Source: an uncultured delta proteobacterium (lineage in GTDB: Bacteria > Desulfobacterota > Desulfuromonadia > Desulfuromonadales > JACZKF01). Taken from it: a DNA stretch of 64,000 nucleotides. The notes beneath the pieces were generated by a model that ran no database searches, was not told the origin of the DNA, and was given only the letters and a program-made list of their open reading frames with translations. The translations under genes and the position numbers were made by a program. The stretch spans positions 256,001 through 320,000 of the forward strand of contig CAWFKQ010000007.1 of assembly GCA_963816395.1 (NCBI GenBank). Direction: 5' to 3'. The number at the start of each line of letters is the position of its first letter. Position 1 is the first letter of the stretch. Shown piece after piece: positions 42,904-55,028 of this stretch.

Positions 42904-44328
42904 TGGGCAGACAATTCGAAAACAACCGAGGCGTTGTACTGGTGCTGGTGGCCATCCTGCTCTTTGTCCTGGTGGGAATGGCAGCACTCGCCATCGATCT
43001 TGGCCATTTATACATGGTCCGGAACGAACTGCAGAACGCTGCGGATGCCGGCGCCCTCGCCGGCGCGGCTGATTTGTACATGATCGACCCTGTTACCAAT
43101 GTGGCAAGCGTCAACCCGAATGCGAATCTCACCGCCTGGCAGGCGGCGACCGCAAACCGGGCGACAGCCAAGTATGCAGAGGGTGGGAGTTACTACCGGC
43201 CCGTGGATATCCATTTCGATCCAGATGATCCTAATGCTGCCCCGGCCCCGAACCCAAACCCAGGGGATCTATTGAAAGGTGATATTCAGCGAGGGCACTG
43301 GAGTTTCAGCTTGACGCCTAAATTTTCCAGGAATGATTCACTGGCAGCATTCTCGGAGGAAACCCTCTGGAACTCCACTTTTGATGAACTGGACAAGAAC
43401 ACCGATCTGATCAATGCCGTCCAGGTAACTGCCAGGCGTGATGCTAATCCGGCATCTTCTTTCTTCGCCCGCATCTTCGGCATGGATCAATTTCTTTTGA
43501 GTGCCACTGCCGTAGCCTATCTCGGCTTTGCAAACACTATTAATCCTGGTGAGATAGATTTTCCGCTGGCAGTCTGTGAGGAAACCATCACCAGCGGCGG
43601 CAAACTGGAATGCAATTTCAGCCGACTGATCAACAGCAGCGATAAAGCGGATGCAAACACGGCGGGATGGACCAACTTCTCCCAGGATACTCCTTACTGG
43701 CCGGATGGATGCCAAAACCCGAACACCTCCGAGGTCGCCGGTACTGGGTAACACCCGGCCTGGTCTGCAGTGGTGGAAATCCGAAACCGGTCGTCATACC
43801 CACACCAATGGGGGTGAACGGTGGAGCAATGGAGCCGGTCTTCGATGCCGTTCGGGACTGCTGGGATGACTATCAGGCGGCGAACATGGCAGATCCGGAT
43901 ATCGGCAAACCGATGCCCAAGGAAGTCACTGCAGTAGTTGTCAAATGCGGCGACAGCGACGGCAAAGTCGCCAATGCCAATGGCCCCTGTCTGCCGACTC
44001 ACCCGCCGGTAAAGCTCAGGATTATCTGGATAAGCCCGAAAACATGGCCTGAACCGCAGAAATGGGATTATGCCCCGAAGTGGATGGGGGACCCGAGACC
44101 AGATCACGAAGACTTCGATCAAAGAGCGAATACCGACGGGAATGACCGCTGGAGGAAATTCGTTGAGCATTTTGAATTAAAAAACCCGGCCGGATTGACT
44201 TGCTTACGACGATTATTATCCGAAAACCATTTATGCCATGCCGGATTGCGGAAAAATCCTTCCCATGGGGTCCACTGGCGGATCCGGTACCGGCCCACTG
44301 GCAAGAATTCCGATCCTTGTAAAAATAA
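42903..44328 (+). CDS. TadG-like pilus-associated protein (frameshifts ~43745 and ~44205)
   Basis: RG/VVLVLVA..LAIDLG..ELQNAADAGALAGA; Cys-rich C-terminal region. Confidence 0.7.
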
Positions 44329-44339
44329 CGGAGGAATTC

Positions 44340-45500
44340 ATGTTCCATCCGATTCAGGTCGCGTTGGACATCCAGGACCGGGACATGGGGAAAGCCATCA
44401 CCGGGGAATACCTGAACCACGCGGAAATCAATTTAATAGAGAAACCGGGAAAAGCGAGCGAGCCGAACATCTATTTCCTCGAAGATGAATCAACCTCGGG
44501 AGATGTTCAGGATCGAATCCGCGCATTGCGTCGGAAGTTTCCGCAAAGTCTCACATTTTCGTCATCTCCTCCGATCCGACCCGGAGCATATCATCGAGGT
44601 GATGAAGGCCGGGGCAAGCGAGTATTTCCTTAACCCGATAAATCCACAGAAGGTAAAGGATGCTATCAACCGGATCAAACTCCAGGTTTTCAAAGGGGGA
44701 AAGGATGCGAACGGCGCCACCTACGCCTTTCTCAGCAGCAAGGGGGGACTCGGTGCAACGGTTCTCTCGGTCAATGTCGCGGCGGCCTTGGCTGCACGCA
44801 AGGCGGGGAGGTCGGCCCTGATCGACCTTTGTCTGCAGTCGGGCGACAGCAGCGTCCTGCTCGATCTCGTGCCGAAAACGACCATTGTCGACATCGCGCG
44901 GAATTTCGATCGCCTGGATGCCGCGCTGATCGCCGGGGTGGTGGAAAAGCATGACCTCGGCATCGACCTCCTCGCCGCTCCGGCCTCAGCCTGAGGATGC
45001 CGGGGAAGTCACCCCCGAGCAGGTGCAGCGTCTCCTGCAACTCTGCCGAGAGAATGTACCAGAGTGTCGTGGTCGATTGCCCATCGATCACCTTTGACGA
45101 CCGAATGCTGGAAGTCTTCCGGGCGGCGGACAAGACCTTCATCATCACCGACATGTCGGTTCCCGCCGTGCGCAATGCATCTCGACTGCTGAAAATCTTC
45201 TATCGGGCGGGGTTCCTGCCGAAAACGCTGGAAGTGGTGGCAAACCGTTTCACCAAGGGCCAGACGGGAACCATCGAGGATGTCGAGAAAACCCTGGGTC
45301 GGCGCCTTTACTGGCTCTTCCCCAACGACTTCGAAAATACCATGGCCGCGACCAACCGGGGCACCCCCCTGCTGAAATACAACCCGCGGGCGCCCCTGGC
45401 CCGCAGCATCATTGAGTTCGCCCAGAGACTTGTGAATCCAGCCGCCATGCCGAATTACCGCGGCATCAAGAGGCCTTCTGGGCAAAGCCATTTAGTTTAG
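44340..45500 (+). CDS. cpaE: CpaE/TadZ receiver-MinD-like protein (frameshifts ~44560 and ~44990)
   Basis: MKAGASEY, SSKGGLGAT, VVVDCP, VPAVRNA, ATNRGTP. Confidence 0.8.
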
Positions 45501-45509
45501 GAGATCAAT

Positions 45510-46889
45510 GTGGAATTAAAGGGTTTCTTCTCCCGCTCCCCTCGCAAACCCGCGCCGGTTTCTTCTCTGCCGACGGCTGCATCTGACGCACCCAAGCCCT
45601 GGGATTACCAGAAGACGGATCTCTATTACGAAACCAAGCACAAGATTCACCAGCGGCTGGTGGAGGATCTGAATCTCGAGGCCCTGGATACCATGGACGT
45701 CGCCGACATCCGCCCCGAGCTCGCGAAGATTGTCGAAACTCTCCTGCAGGAGGAGAAGGCGCTCTTCAACGAGGAGGAGATCCGGGTACTGGTGGATGAG
45801 ATCCTCGACGAGTTGCGGGGACTCGGTCCGATCGAGCCGCTGCTCAAGGACCCGGGAATCTCCGATATCCTGATCAACACCTATCGGAACATCTATATCG
45901 AACGGCAGGGCCTTCTTGAGCGGACGCATGTCCGCTTCCTCGACGATCGGCACCTGATGAACATCATCGACCGGATCGTCTCGCGGGTCGGGAGACGGAT
46001 CGACGAATCCACCCCGATGGTCGACGCCCGCCTGCCTGACGGCTCGCGCGTCAACGCCATCATCCCGCCCCTGGCCATCGACGGGCCGATCGTCTCCATC
46101 CGCCGCTTCGCGGTGAAGCCGCTGAAGCTGGAGGACCTGATCCGCTATGGCGCCATCACGCAGGAGGTCGGCGAATTCCTCGCCGGCTGCGTCAAGGCGA
46201 AGCTGAACGTGATGATCTCCGGCGGCACCGGCGCCGGCAAGACTACTCTGCTCAACGTGCTCTCCGGCTTCATTCCCGGCAACGAACGCATCGTCACCAT
46301 CGAGGACGCGGCCGAACTGCAGCTGCAGCAGGAACACGTGGTGCGGCTGGAAACGCGGCCGTCGAATATCGAGGGGAAGGGGCAGATCACCCCGCGCGAC
46401 CTGGTGATCAACAGCCTGCGCATGCGCCCGGACCGCATCATCGTCGGCGAGGTGCGCGGCCCCGAGGCCTTCGACATGCTGCAGGCGATGAACACCGGCC
46501 ATGACGGCTCGCTGACCACCATCCACGCCAACACGCCGCGCGACTCCCTGACCCGTCTGGAATCGATGATCCTGATGACCGGGGTGCAGCTGCCGGAGAA
46601 AGCCATGCGCTTCATGATTTCCTCGGCGCTCGACCTGATCATCCAGGGATCCCGCCTGCCGGACGGCAGCCGCAAGATCACTTCGGTCAGCGAAGTGGTC
46701 GGCATGGAAGGAGAGATGATCACTTTGCAGGAGATCTTCGTTTACGAAAAAAAAGGGTTGGACGAAAACGGCAAAGTGCTCGGCCGCTTCCGGGCCACCG
46801 GCATTCGTCCCAAATTCGCCGACCGGCTGGAGCTGGCCGGGATTCGCCTGCCGGAAAACCTCTTCTCCTCCGAGCGATTCTGGGAATGA
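45510..46889 (+). CDS. cpaF: Pilus assembly ATPase CpaF/TadA
   Basis: [41 protein letters not shown]. Confidence 0.95.
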   Translation: MELKGFFSRSPRKPAPVSSLPTAASDAPKPWDYQKTDLYYETKHKIHQRLVEDLNLEALDTMDVADIRPELAKIVETLLQEEKALFNEEEIRVLVDEILDELRGLGPIEPLLKDPGISDILINTYRNIYIERQGLLERTHVRFLDDRHLMNIIDRIVSRVGRRIDESTPMVDARLPDGSRVNAIIPPLAIDGPIVSIRRFAVKPLKLEDLIRYGAITQEVGEFLAGCVKAKLNVMISGGTGAGKTTLLNVLSGFIPGNERIVTIEDAAELQLQQEHVVRLETRPSNIEGKGQITPRDLVINSLRMRPDRIIVGEVRGPEAFDMLQAMNTGHDGSLTTIHANTPRDSLTRLESMILMTGVQLPEKAMRFMISSALDLIIQGSRLPDGSRKITSVSEVVGMEGEMITLQEIFVYEKKGLDENGKVLGRFRATGIRPKFADRLELAGIRLPENLFSSERFWE

Positions 46890-46898
46890 GGCAGTAGT

Positions 46899-46979
46899 GC
46901 CCTCCCCCAGACCTCCCATCGAAGGGAGGGGAGCTTTTAAATTCCCTCTCCCCTTGTGGGAGAGGGTTAGGGAGAGGGG
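46899..46979. repeat. REP-like palindromic doublet, copy 2 (reverse orientation)
   Basis: rc of ttttaaattccctctccccttgtgggagagggttagggagagggg matches 39541-39586. Confidence 0.85.
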
Positions 46980-47027
46980 TCGGGTCGCCGACTGCAAATA
47001 CCGGACACTGCTGGGAATGAGGAATCA

Positions 47028-48006
47028 ATGGACCAACTGACCCTTTTATTGCTGCTGGCCGTTTTTCTTTTTGTCGTCACCCTGGTCGAACTGGCCTGGC
47101 TGACCTGGGCGCGCAGTCATTTCAAGGAGCGTTATGCCATCAAGCGCCGGCTGCTTTTCATCTCGGCCGGGGGAAAACACGGCCAGGAGAAGCTGACCCT
47201 CTACAAAAACCGGGCACTGAATGACGTCGGGGCACTGGAGAAGCTGGCCTACAGCCTGCCGCGCGCCCAGCGCCTCGACCGGATGCTGCTGCGCTCCGGC
47301 CTGGCCATCAACGCCTCCTCCTTCCTCCTCGCCAGTCTGGCCCTCGGCGGAATCGGCTTCCTTGCCGGTCTGCGCCTGCTCCCGGACTGGACGGCGGCGT
47401 TTGGGCCGAGTTTAGCTCTGCTCTTCCTCCCTCTCCTCTGGCTTAAGGGCCGAGAGCGCCAGGCATTGGCGAAGTTCGACGATCAGTTGCCGGAAGCGCT
47501 GGATCTTCTCGCCCGCTCATTGCGGTCCGGTATGGCGATGTCGGCGGGGATGGAGATCATCACCCAGGAAATGGACGAGCCGCTCCGTTCTGAATTCGCC
47601 GCCGCCAGCGACGAGATCAATCTCGGGCTTTCTTTCCGGGAAGCCCTGGAGAACATGTGCGAGAGGGTACCGAGCCGCGACCTTCGCTTCTTCGCCGTCG
47701 CCATCCTGATCCAGCGCGATACCGGCGGCAACATCGCCGAAATCCTCGACCAGATCAGCGGCCTCATTCGCGAGCGGACCAAATTCAAGCGCCACGTGAA
47801 AACATTGACGGCGGAGGGGCGGATCTCCGGGGTGGTCCTCATCGGCCTGCCCGTGGTCCATGTTCATTTATCTGTATTTTGTCAATTACAACTACGTCTC
47901 CCTGCTCTGGAAGGATCCAATCGGCTACATCATGACGATCTTTTCAGTGATCAGCATGATCATCGGCTACCTGGTGATAAGAAAAATCACCCAGATTGAG
48001 ATTTGA
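47028..48006 (+). CDS. tadB: TadB (T2SS-F family; frameshift ~47860)
   Basis: QLPEALDLLARSLRSG, IQRDTGGNIAEIL, LTAEGRISG. Confidence 0.88.
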
Positions 48007-48009
48007 GAG

Positions 48010-48986
48010 ATGAATGAACTGCTGACGTTTCTTTCCGGCCCCATGGGACAGTACCTGATTCTGACGATGGTTTTTTTGGCCGCCGCTTCGATTGCCGCAG
48101 GTCTCGCCATCCTTTTTCTGCGGCCGGAGGCGATCGGTGCCCGCCTCAATTACCTGCTGACGGCCCCTGGTGCTATTCTCCGTGGGAGATCGAAACTCAC
48201 TCAGGAGGAATCCACCGGGCTGGTGGCAAAGGTCACCAAGCCCTTACACAAACTCTCCGTGCCGAGCGAGGAGGCGATCCGCAAGAAAGTCCGGTTGAAA
48301 CTGATTCAGGCTGGCTTCCGTTCCAACCAGGCTTACCGCAATTTTCTCGCGGCAAAGACGGCCGGCACCGTTCTTCTGCCCACTGGCCTGGCTGCTCCGC
48401 GGAGCTGTTCCTCTCTTTCGATGCCAAAACAGTCGCGGTGGCGCTCTCCCTGGCCGCGGTCGGCTATTTGTTGCCCGACTTTATCCTTTCCCATTTTCGC
48501 CAGAAGCGACAGGAAAAGATTTTCAAGGGAGTCCCGGATGCCCTGGACATGATGGTGGTCTGCGTCGAGGCGGGACTGGCCCTGGACATGACGTTCAAAC
48601 GGGTGGGGGAAGAGATCCGCTCTCTGTCCACCGACCTGAGTGACGAATTCCTGCTGACCAACCTCGAGGTGCGCGCCGGCAAGGCACGCGACGAAGCCCT
48701 GCGTAATATGTCACAAAGAACAGGAGTTCCGGAGGTGCAGAACCTGACTGCCGTCCTCATCCAGACCAGCCGATTCGGCACCAGCCTGGCTAAGGCGCTG
48801 CGGGTCCATTCCGAGAGCATGCGCACCAAACGCCGGCAGATGGCCGAGGAGATCGCCGCCAAATCGGCGGTCAAGCTCCTCATCCCCTTGGTGCTTTTTA
48901 TTTTCCCGACGATATTCGTCGTGCTGCTCGGACCGGCCGCCATCCAGATTGCGCGAAACCTGCTCCCCGCCCTCGGCGGCCATTGA
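48010..48986 (+). CDS. tadC: TadC (T2SS-F family; frameshift ~48390)
   Basis: PDALDMMVVCVEAGL, QTSRFGTS, VKLLIPLVLFIFP. Confidence 0.88.
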
Positions 48987-48995
48987 GGAAAAACG

Positions 48996-49909
48996 ATGGA
49001 AAGATTACTGCCCTTGTTCCTCACCTTGTCTGCTCTGCAGTTGTACGACCACCACTGTCCAGCACACTCCCCTGCCTGGCACCGATCTGACCAGCCTGGC
49101 TGATGCCCATGGAATGGAAGGCCGTTCCCTGGAGAAAATGCCGGCAGACGAACTGATCCGCGAAGGACGCGGTTTTCTGGCCAAGGGGAACCTGTCGCTG
49201 GCGGAACTGCACTTCCTGGTCGCGCTGAAAAAGAAGCCGGATTCGGCCGCCGCCTGCACCGGTTTCGGTGATGCCAGGGCGCTCGCCGGCGATCAGGGAA
49301 AAGCCGAGGCCGCCTACAATGCTGCCCTGGAGAGAACGCCGGGATATCTGCCTGCCCTGCTGGCCCTGGGAAGACTGCACCGCGAATCGGGCAAACCGGA
49401 ACAGGCAGTCATTGATTTCCAAAAAGCCCTGGAGGCGCATGCGGACGATCCGCAGGCAACATCGGAACTGGCGATCACCTATGACGGCCTGGGACGGTAC
49501 GATGAAGCGGAGCCGCTGCATCGGCGGGTTGCCGAAGCGCGGCCCGATTCCGCCTCGGCTTTCAACAATCTGGGCTTCCACTACCTGCTGAAGGGCGCTT
49601 ACCCCGAGGCCGCCACAGCCCTGCAGAAGGCCTTGCGCCTGGAACCGAACAATGCCCTGACCCGCAACAACCTGGCAGCGGCCTATGTTCTCGCCGGCGA
49701 GAGCGATCAGGCGCTTTCCCTCTTCCAGAAAACCCTGGGGCCGGCCGCCGCCTGGAATAATCTCGGCTATATCTACATGACCCAGGGGAAGCGGGAGACT
49801 GGCGGAGAAAGCCTTTCGCCGGGCACTTGATCTGAACCCCCAATTCTACGCCGCTGCCAAGGAGAATCTGGACAAGCTCAAGAGAGAAGAGAAGGCGACC
49901 GGGCAATGA
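48996..49909 (+). CDS. TadD-like TPR lipoprotein (frameshifts near both ends)
   Basis: Multiple TPR repeats (NNLG, NNLA); follows tadC. Confidence 0.75.
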
Positions 49910-49931
49910 AATGGCCGGAGTGCTGAGTTCC

Positions 49932-50019
49932 CCCCTCTCCCTAACCCTCTCCCACAAGGGGAGAGGGGATTTATGTCCTGCTCCCTCTCCCTTGATGGGA
50001 GAGGGCCGGGGAGAGGGTG
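49932..50019. repeat. REP-like palindromic doublet, copy 3
   Basis: cccctctccctaaccctctcccacaaggggagagggg..ctccctctcccttgatgggagagggccggggagagggtg. Confidence 0.85.
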
Positions 50020-50076
50020 AAGTCGATTGGCTGAGCCAACACAAATGCGATTTTCAGAATGTCAGGAGGTCATAGA

Positions 50077-50709
50077 ATGAAACGGATTGTTCTTCTGCTG
50101 GTACTCGCCTTCACCGCTTCCCCCGCCCTCGCCTTCCATCTCGGCCCGGCCACCCCGGCGGCCGGGCATGGGCAGGTAAATGTCGGCATTGGATACTTCT
50201 TCTACCAAGCTGAGTGGGACGGGATCGACGTGGAGCAGAATCGGCCCTATGTGCATGTCGGATACGGTTTGGGAATGGAGAATGAACCGCGTTGGGAGGC
50301 TTACATCCGAGGCGGCGCCGCCGACCTGCGGGCCTCCTCCGAGGACTTCAGCGCCGATTACAAGCCCTTCGGCATCGCCGGCATAAAGGGAGCATTCTGG
50401 GACGGGCCTCGGTTCGGGTGGGGCATGGTGGTCCAGGGAGGGATTTTCGGTGATTTCAAGGACAACGGTGCACACATAGAGGACGTCTGGGAGGTTGAGG
50501 GTGGCTTCCCCTTCCAGATGAAAGCAGGCCCCTTTATCTTTTATGGCGGCCCGGTCTTCTACCACACGGAAGCGGATGAAATCGAAGAAGATGACTCCTT
50601 CGGCGGTTTCGGCGGCCTGGCCCTTACCCTCGGCCCTGCACGGTTGGAGTTGGAAGGGCAATATAAAAGTGATTTTTCGACGGGCGGAATTCTGTCTTTC
50701 CAGTTCTGA
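50077..50709 (+). CDS. Outer-membrane beta-barrel protein
   Basis: Signal peptide (ALA), alternating strands, terminal Phe (LSFQF). Confidence 0.7.
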   Translation: MKRIVLLLVLAFTASPALAFHLGPATPAAGHGQVNVGIGYFFYQAEWDGIDVEQNRPYVHVGYGLGMENEPRWEAYIRGGAADLRASSEDFSADYKPFGIAGIKGAFWDGPRFGWGMVVQGGIFGDFKDNGAHIEDVWEVEGGFPFQMKAGPFIFYGGPVFYHTEADEIEEDDSFGGFGGLALTLGPARLELEGQYKSDFSTGGILSFQF

Positions 50710-50722
50710 AAAAAATGGTCTG

Positions 50723-51042
50723 AAGCAATTTACAGGGATAAAGGGGATTAAGGGGATAAAACCATAACTGATTAGCGTCGATCTTCAGACAGTCTTTATT
50801 TACAGGGATGCACAGGATGAACAGGATAAAAGCATGTCCAATAGTTGCCCCATTTTATCCTGTCTTCATCCTGTCTATCCTGTTAAATTTCCTCTGCCTG
50901 GCCTGAGTTTGGGCCGGTTCAAGAAACAGGCTGAAGATTAGGGCTAACAGGAAGCTTTATGAATTTCTGAGGATTTATCCCCTGCATCCCCTTCATCCCT
51001 GTTGAAAAAGATTTTGAGTCACTGGAGCGAAGTGAATAACCA
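50723..51042. repeat. Nested inverted nonamer repeats
   Basis: Outer arms 50723-50760 and 50974-51003; inner arms 50800-50831 and 50853-50886; 51023-51042 is the rc of 61766-61785. Confidence 0.8.
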
Positions 51043-51084
51043 GCAAATACTGAATTCTATCCAAGCTTCTGAGGAGGGCTGGTC

Positions 51085-53181
51085 ATGCGTAGATGGGTGG
51101 TCGCTGTACTCTGCATCCTGACTCTTGCCGCCTGTGGCGACAACAGCAGTTCGACGGGAGATAATCCCTTCCAGCCAGGCAGCAATACCAACAATCCCGG
51201 CGATCCCGGTGTTCCGGTAACTCCGCCCGATCAGGGCGGCACCGAGAATCCGACAGATCCGAGATTGGCCAGGATCTCCCTTGCGGCCTCCCAATACACG
51301 GTCAAGTCGGACAATTCCGATACCGCCACCCTGACCGTGACCGCCCTCGATCAGGACAATGCCGCCCTGGAGGGGGTATTGGTCTCGATTCAGGCTTCAG
51401 CCGGCCTGCTGAATACTGCGAAAATAACTACCGGCGCAAATGGAACAGCCGCTTTCACTTTCCAAGCGGGGCCGGAGAGGACGAACCAGGTTGCCACCGT
51501 GACTGTCGCTTCCGGGGAGATGGTGAAAACGGTACCTATTCTGATTACAGGCACGACGGTGGGTCTGGATGTTTCGAAAACCTCGGTGCTTCAGCATGAT
51601 TCACAGGGGATTGCGTTGTCGGGACAGGTTCTCGACGCAGCCGGAAAGCCCATTTACGGGGAAGAGATAACCCTCTCCTCCAAACTCGGAAATACTCTTT
51701 CGGCCGCGGATAAATCCGGGCCTTCCATTGTCCTCACGACCGATGTCAGCGGAAAATTTCGAGCCACTTTCAGCGGCGATGTCATCGGGGCGGATACGAT
51801 CAGCCTGAATGGCTGCGGGGTGCAGAAAGACGTCACTCTCACGGTAAAAGATTCGAATTTCAGTTTTGTCCCCCCCGAGGAAACCTCCGTCCCCGAAGGC
51901 AGCACTGTAAACCTGCTCTTCCAATGGGAGGATGAAAGTGGCCCGGTCAGCGGCAAGGCTATTACATTTGCAGCCAGTCACGGCCATTTTGAAGGTGAAG
52001 CGGAGAGCAGTCCCGGCATGATTCAGGCGACCACCGACACCCAAGGCCAGGCAACAGTTCACTACATCGCCAGTGACCTGGCTACCCCGGCAACGATCCA
52101 GGTATTCAACACCCCGGGAGCCGGTGAAGAAATGCGCGAGGATTTCCTCTACCTGAATGTCCTCACCGTAAATACCAGTCGCCTGGATGTACAGGCTTTC
52201 CCGACGGTCATACCGCCCAGTATCGGAGATACCGCTTCCACATCTACGATCATCGCCACTGTGCGGGATGATTCCAACAATCCGGTAAAAGATGCCCTGG
52301 TGAACTTCCAACTTCTCGCCGGCCCCGGGGCGGGAGAAACCATTTTCCCGGTCTCCGCCTATACTGATGCCTCGGGGCAGGCCATGACCACATTTACCGC
52401 CGGCAGCCTGACATCAGCACAGAATGGTATCAGACTTCGTGCAGTCGCCAACGGTTTCAGCGATGACGTTGAAATCACTATCGGCCAGAAAGCGGCACGG
52501 GTTGTCATCGGCACCACAAACCAGATGGAAGTCATCGAGCAAGACGGCATGGAAGTCGCTTACGGCATGCCGGTAACCGTTCTGGTAACCGACAACAACG
52601 GCAACCCCATCCCCGATCAGAGAGTAAATCTCGGGATTTATCCTCTCCGCTTCAAAACCGGCTATTGGGTGCGGATAACTGAAAGGAGATCCTGGGTGAC
52701 GACCCGCCCCATAGTGAACCGGTCATTACCGGGATCTTTGCCAATGAGGATCTGAACAGGAATGGAATCCTTGATCCATTCGAAGATGGTGCCGCAGGCA
52801 GATATTCTAGGCCAGGCTGCTTATTATCTGGACGTCAATCACTACAGTTTCCCGTCTGATCTCGAGCCATTGCCCCCTTTGCCGGCCGATTTTCAAGGGC
52901 TGAATCACAGGCTCGATCCAGGCAATGTCGCTTCCATCCCAGCGGAGGTCATTACCGATGAGAACGGCCTGGCATCGTACAAAGTCATTTACCCTAAATC
53001 CTTCGCTGTCTGGACGGATGTGGAATTGTCTGCGGCAACAATCGTCTCCGGGAGCGAAACCAAAACCCGATCTGGAAAAAGCCGCTTCCCTGGTTATGCG
53101 ATGAAAAAGGTTTTGCGGTGGAACCGGTCATCAATTCACCTTTTGGCGAATGACAAGACATTCCACCTGGAAAAGGGTTAA
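51085..53181 (+). CDS. Ig-like (Big_1/invasin-type) domain lipoprotein (frameshifts ~52690-52760 and later)
   Basis: Lipobox LTLAAC, repeated TD..G.A beta-sandwich motifs, NEDLNRNGILD in a shifted frame. Confidence 0.72.
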
Positions 53182-53354
53182 ATCGGGAGGGAAAGTGCTT
53201 AGACAGCGAACTTCTGCCGAGCGCGAAATCGATTCTGCCATCCTGGCGAAAAATCAGGGAAGCCGGCCTCCGAGAGCTGCCGGCCTCCCTGTATGAATCG
53301 CCATGGCACCTGATTGTCATCCTCGCCTTTTCGATCTTTCTCGCCGAAGCGGCA

Positions 53355-54335
53355 ATGATGGCCATCCTTTACCTGGCCCTGCCCCTCCCCCGGCTCCTCT
53401 GGCCGATTCCGGATCCCAGGCTGTTCATCTTTATCGTGGTGCCTGCCACATTGATACTTTTTCTCTTTCCCTCGCTGGTCTATTTCGTTCTCCGCCCCCT
53501 GCGGAAAAACATCCTGGAACGGCGGCAGGTCGAAAAGGCCTTGCACCGCGATATTACCGAAAGAGAAAAAACTGAAGCAGAGTTACGGTTTTCCCGGCAG
53601 CAATTGCGCGAGCTGTCATCCCACCTGCAGACTGCGCTGGAAGAAGAAAGAACCAGAATTGCGCGGGAGATCCATGACGAACTGGGGCAGGTGCTGGCAA
53701 CCCTCGCCCTGGACATTCACCTGCTGGAAGGCGAATTGCCGCTCCGGCAAATCAAGGCGCGCCGGAAGGCTACCGCCATGGCCCGGCTGATCGATTCGAC
53801 GATCAAGACCGTCCAGCGAGTTTCGGCCGAACTGCGGCCGGTGATGCTGGACGACCTGGGGCTCTCCGCCGCCATCCAATGGCAGGTGCGGGAATTCGAG
53901 AAAAGAACCGGCATCGCCTGTGAGATCCGTCTTTCCCTGGACGGCGAGGGGCCCGACCGCAACCGCTCTACCGACCTGTTCCGCATCCTCCAGGAGGCTT
54001 TGACCAACATTCTGCGCCATGCCCAGGCCACCCGGGTGGTGGTGCATCTCAGAGAGACGGAAGATCGATTCATCCTGCAGGTCAGCGACAACGGCCAGGG
54101 GATCACCCGGCAGAAAATCGCCGACGGGACCTCTCTCGGGCTTCTCGGGATTCGGGAACGTGCCGCCAACTGGGGGGGAAAGGTGGAGATCCGAGGGCTG
54201 CCGCAACGGGGAACTTCGTTGAAGGTTTCGCTGCCGTGGCGGCCTGAGCCTGAATGTGAATCGACGGTCGAATTTGTGGAATATGTGGGGAATTCCGGCG
54301 ATTCCGCACCGCAGGAACAGAAGGCAGCATCATGA
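53355..54335 (+). CDS. NarX/UhpB-type sensor histidine kinase (true start probably ~53196)
   Basis: EEERTRIAREIHDELGQ, LRPVMLDDLGL, QEALTNILRHA, DNGQG. Confidence 0.88.
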   Translation: MMAILYLALPLPRLLWPIPDPRLFIFIVVPATLILFLFPSLVYFVLRPLRKNILERRQVEKALHRDITEREKTEAELRFSRQQLRELSSHLQTALEEERTRIAREIHDELGQVLATLALDIHLLEGELPLRQIKARRKATAMARLIDSTIKTVQRVSAELRPVMLDDLGLSAAIQWQVREFEKRTGIACEIRLSLDGEGPDRNRSTDLFRILQEALTNILRHAQATRVVVHLRETEDRFILQVSDNGQGITRQKIADGTSLGLLGIRERAANWGGKVEIRGLPQRGTSLKVSLPWRPEPECESTVEFVEYVGNSGDSAPQEQKAAS

Positions 54336-54366
54336 TGCCAGCGATTGAACAGAGGGGAAGCTGCCA

Positions 54367-54996
54367 ATGATCAGGCGTATTCTCATAGCCGATGACCATT
54401 CCATTTTTCGCGAAGGGCTCAAGCAGGTCATCGCCAGCAAAATGGGATTGGCCATCGTGGATGAGGCCGCAACCGGGGCCGAGGCACTGAAAAAGGTGGC
54501 CGCCCACCCATACGACCTGGTCCTGCTCGACATCGCCATGCCCGGCCGGAGCGGACTGGACATCCTGATGGAAATCAAGAGGATCAGGCCGGAATTGCCG
54601 GTCCTCATGCTCAGCATGTACCCGGAAGAGCAATATGCCATGCGCGCTTTCCGTGCCGGCGCCTCCGGCTATGTGACCAAAGGCTGCGCCCCTGGCGAGC
54701 TCCTTTCGGCCATGCAGCGGGTCAGTCCGGCAAAAAGTTCGTCAGCCCGGCACTGGCGGAAGTCCTGGTGTCCATGGAGGATCCCGGCCAGAAAACCGAT
54801 CCATGCGGGACTCTCCAACCGCGAGTACCAGGTTCTCTGCATGCTGGCATCTGGAAAAACCGTCAGCAAGGTTGCCGTCGATCTGTCGTTGAGCATCAAA
54901 ACCGTAAGTACCCATCGGGCAAATCTTCTGCGCAAAATGAACCTGAAAAACAATGCTGAACTGACGCGCTACGCCATCGAACAGCAGTTGGTTTAA
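54367..54996 (+). CDS. NarL/LuxR response regulator
   Basis: ADDHSIFREGL, LDIAMPG, LSNREYQV..KTVSTHR; short out-of-frame-looking middle segment. Confidence 0.9.
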   Translation: MIRRILIADDHSIFREGLKQVIASKMGLAIVDEAATGAEALKKVAAHPYDLVLLDIAMPGRSGLDILMEIKRIRPELPVLMLSMYPEEQYAMRAFRAGASGYVTKGCAPGELLSAMQRVSPAKSSSARHWRKSWCPWRIPARKPIHAGLSNREYQVLCMLASGKTVSKVAVDLSLSIKTVSTHRANLLRKMNLKNNAELTRYAIEQQLV

Positions 54997-55028
54997 TAAG
55001 TACAAGTAGTTCAGCAAAGAGGGGATCA

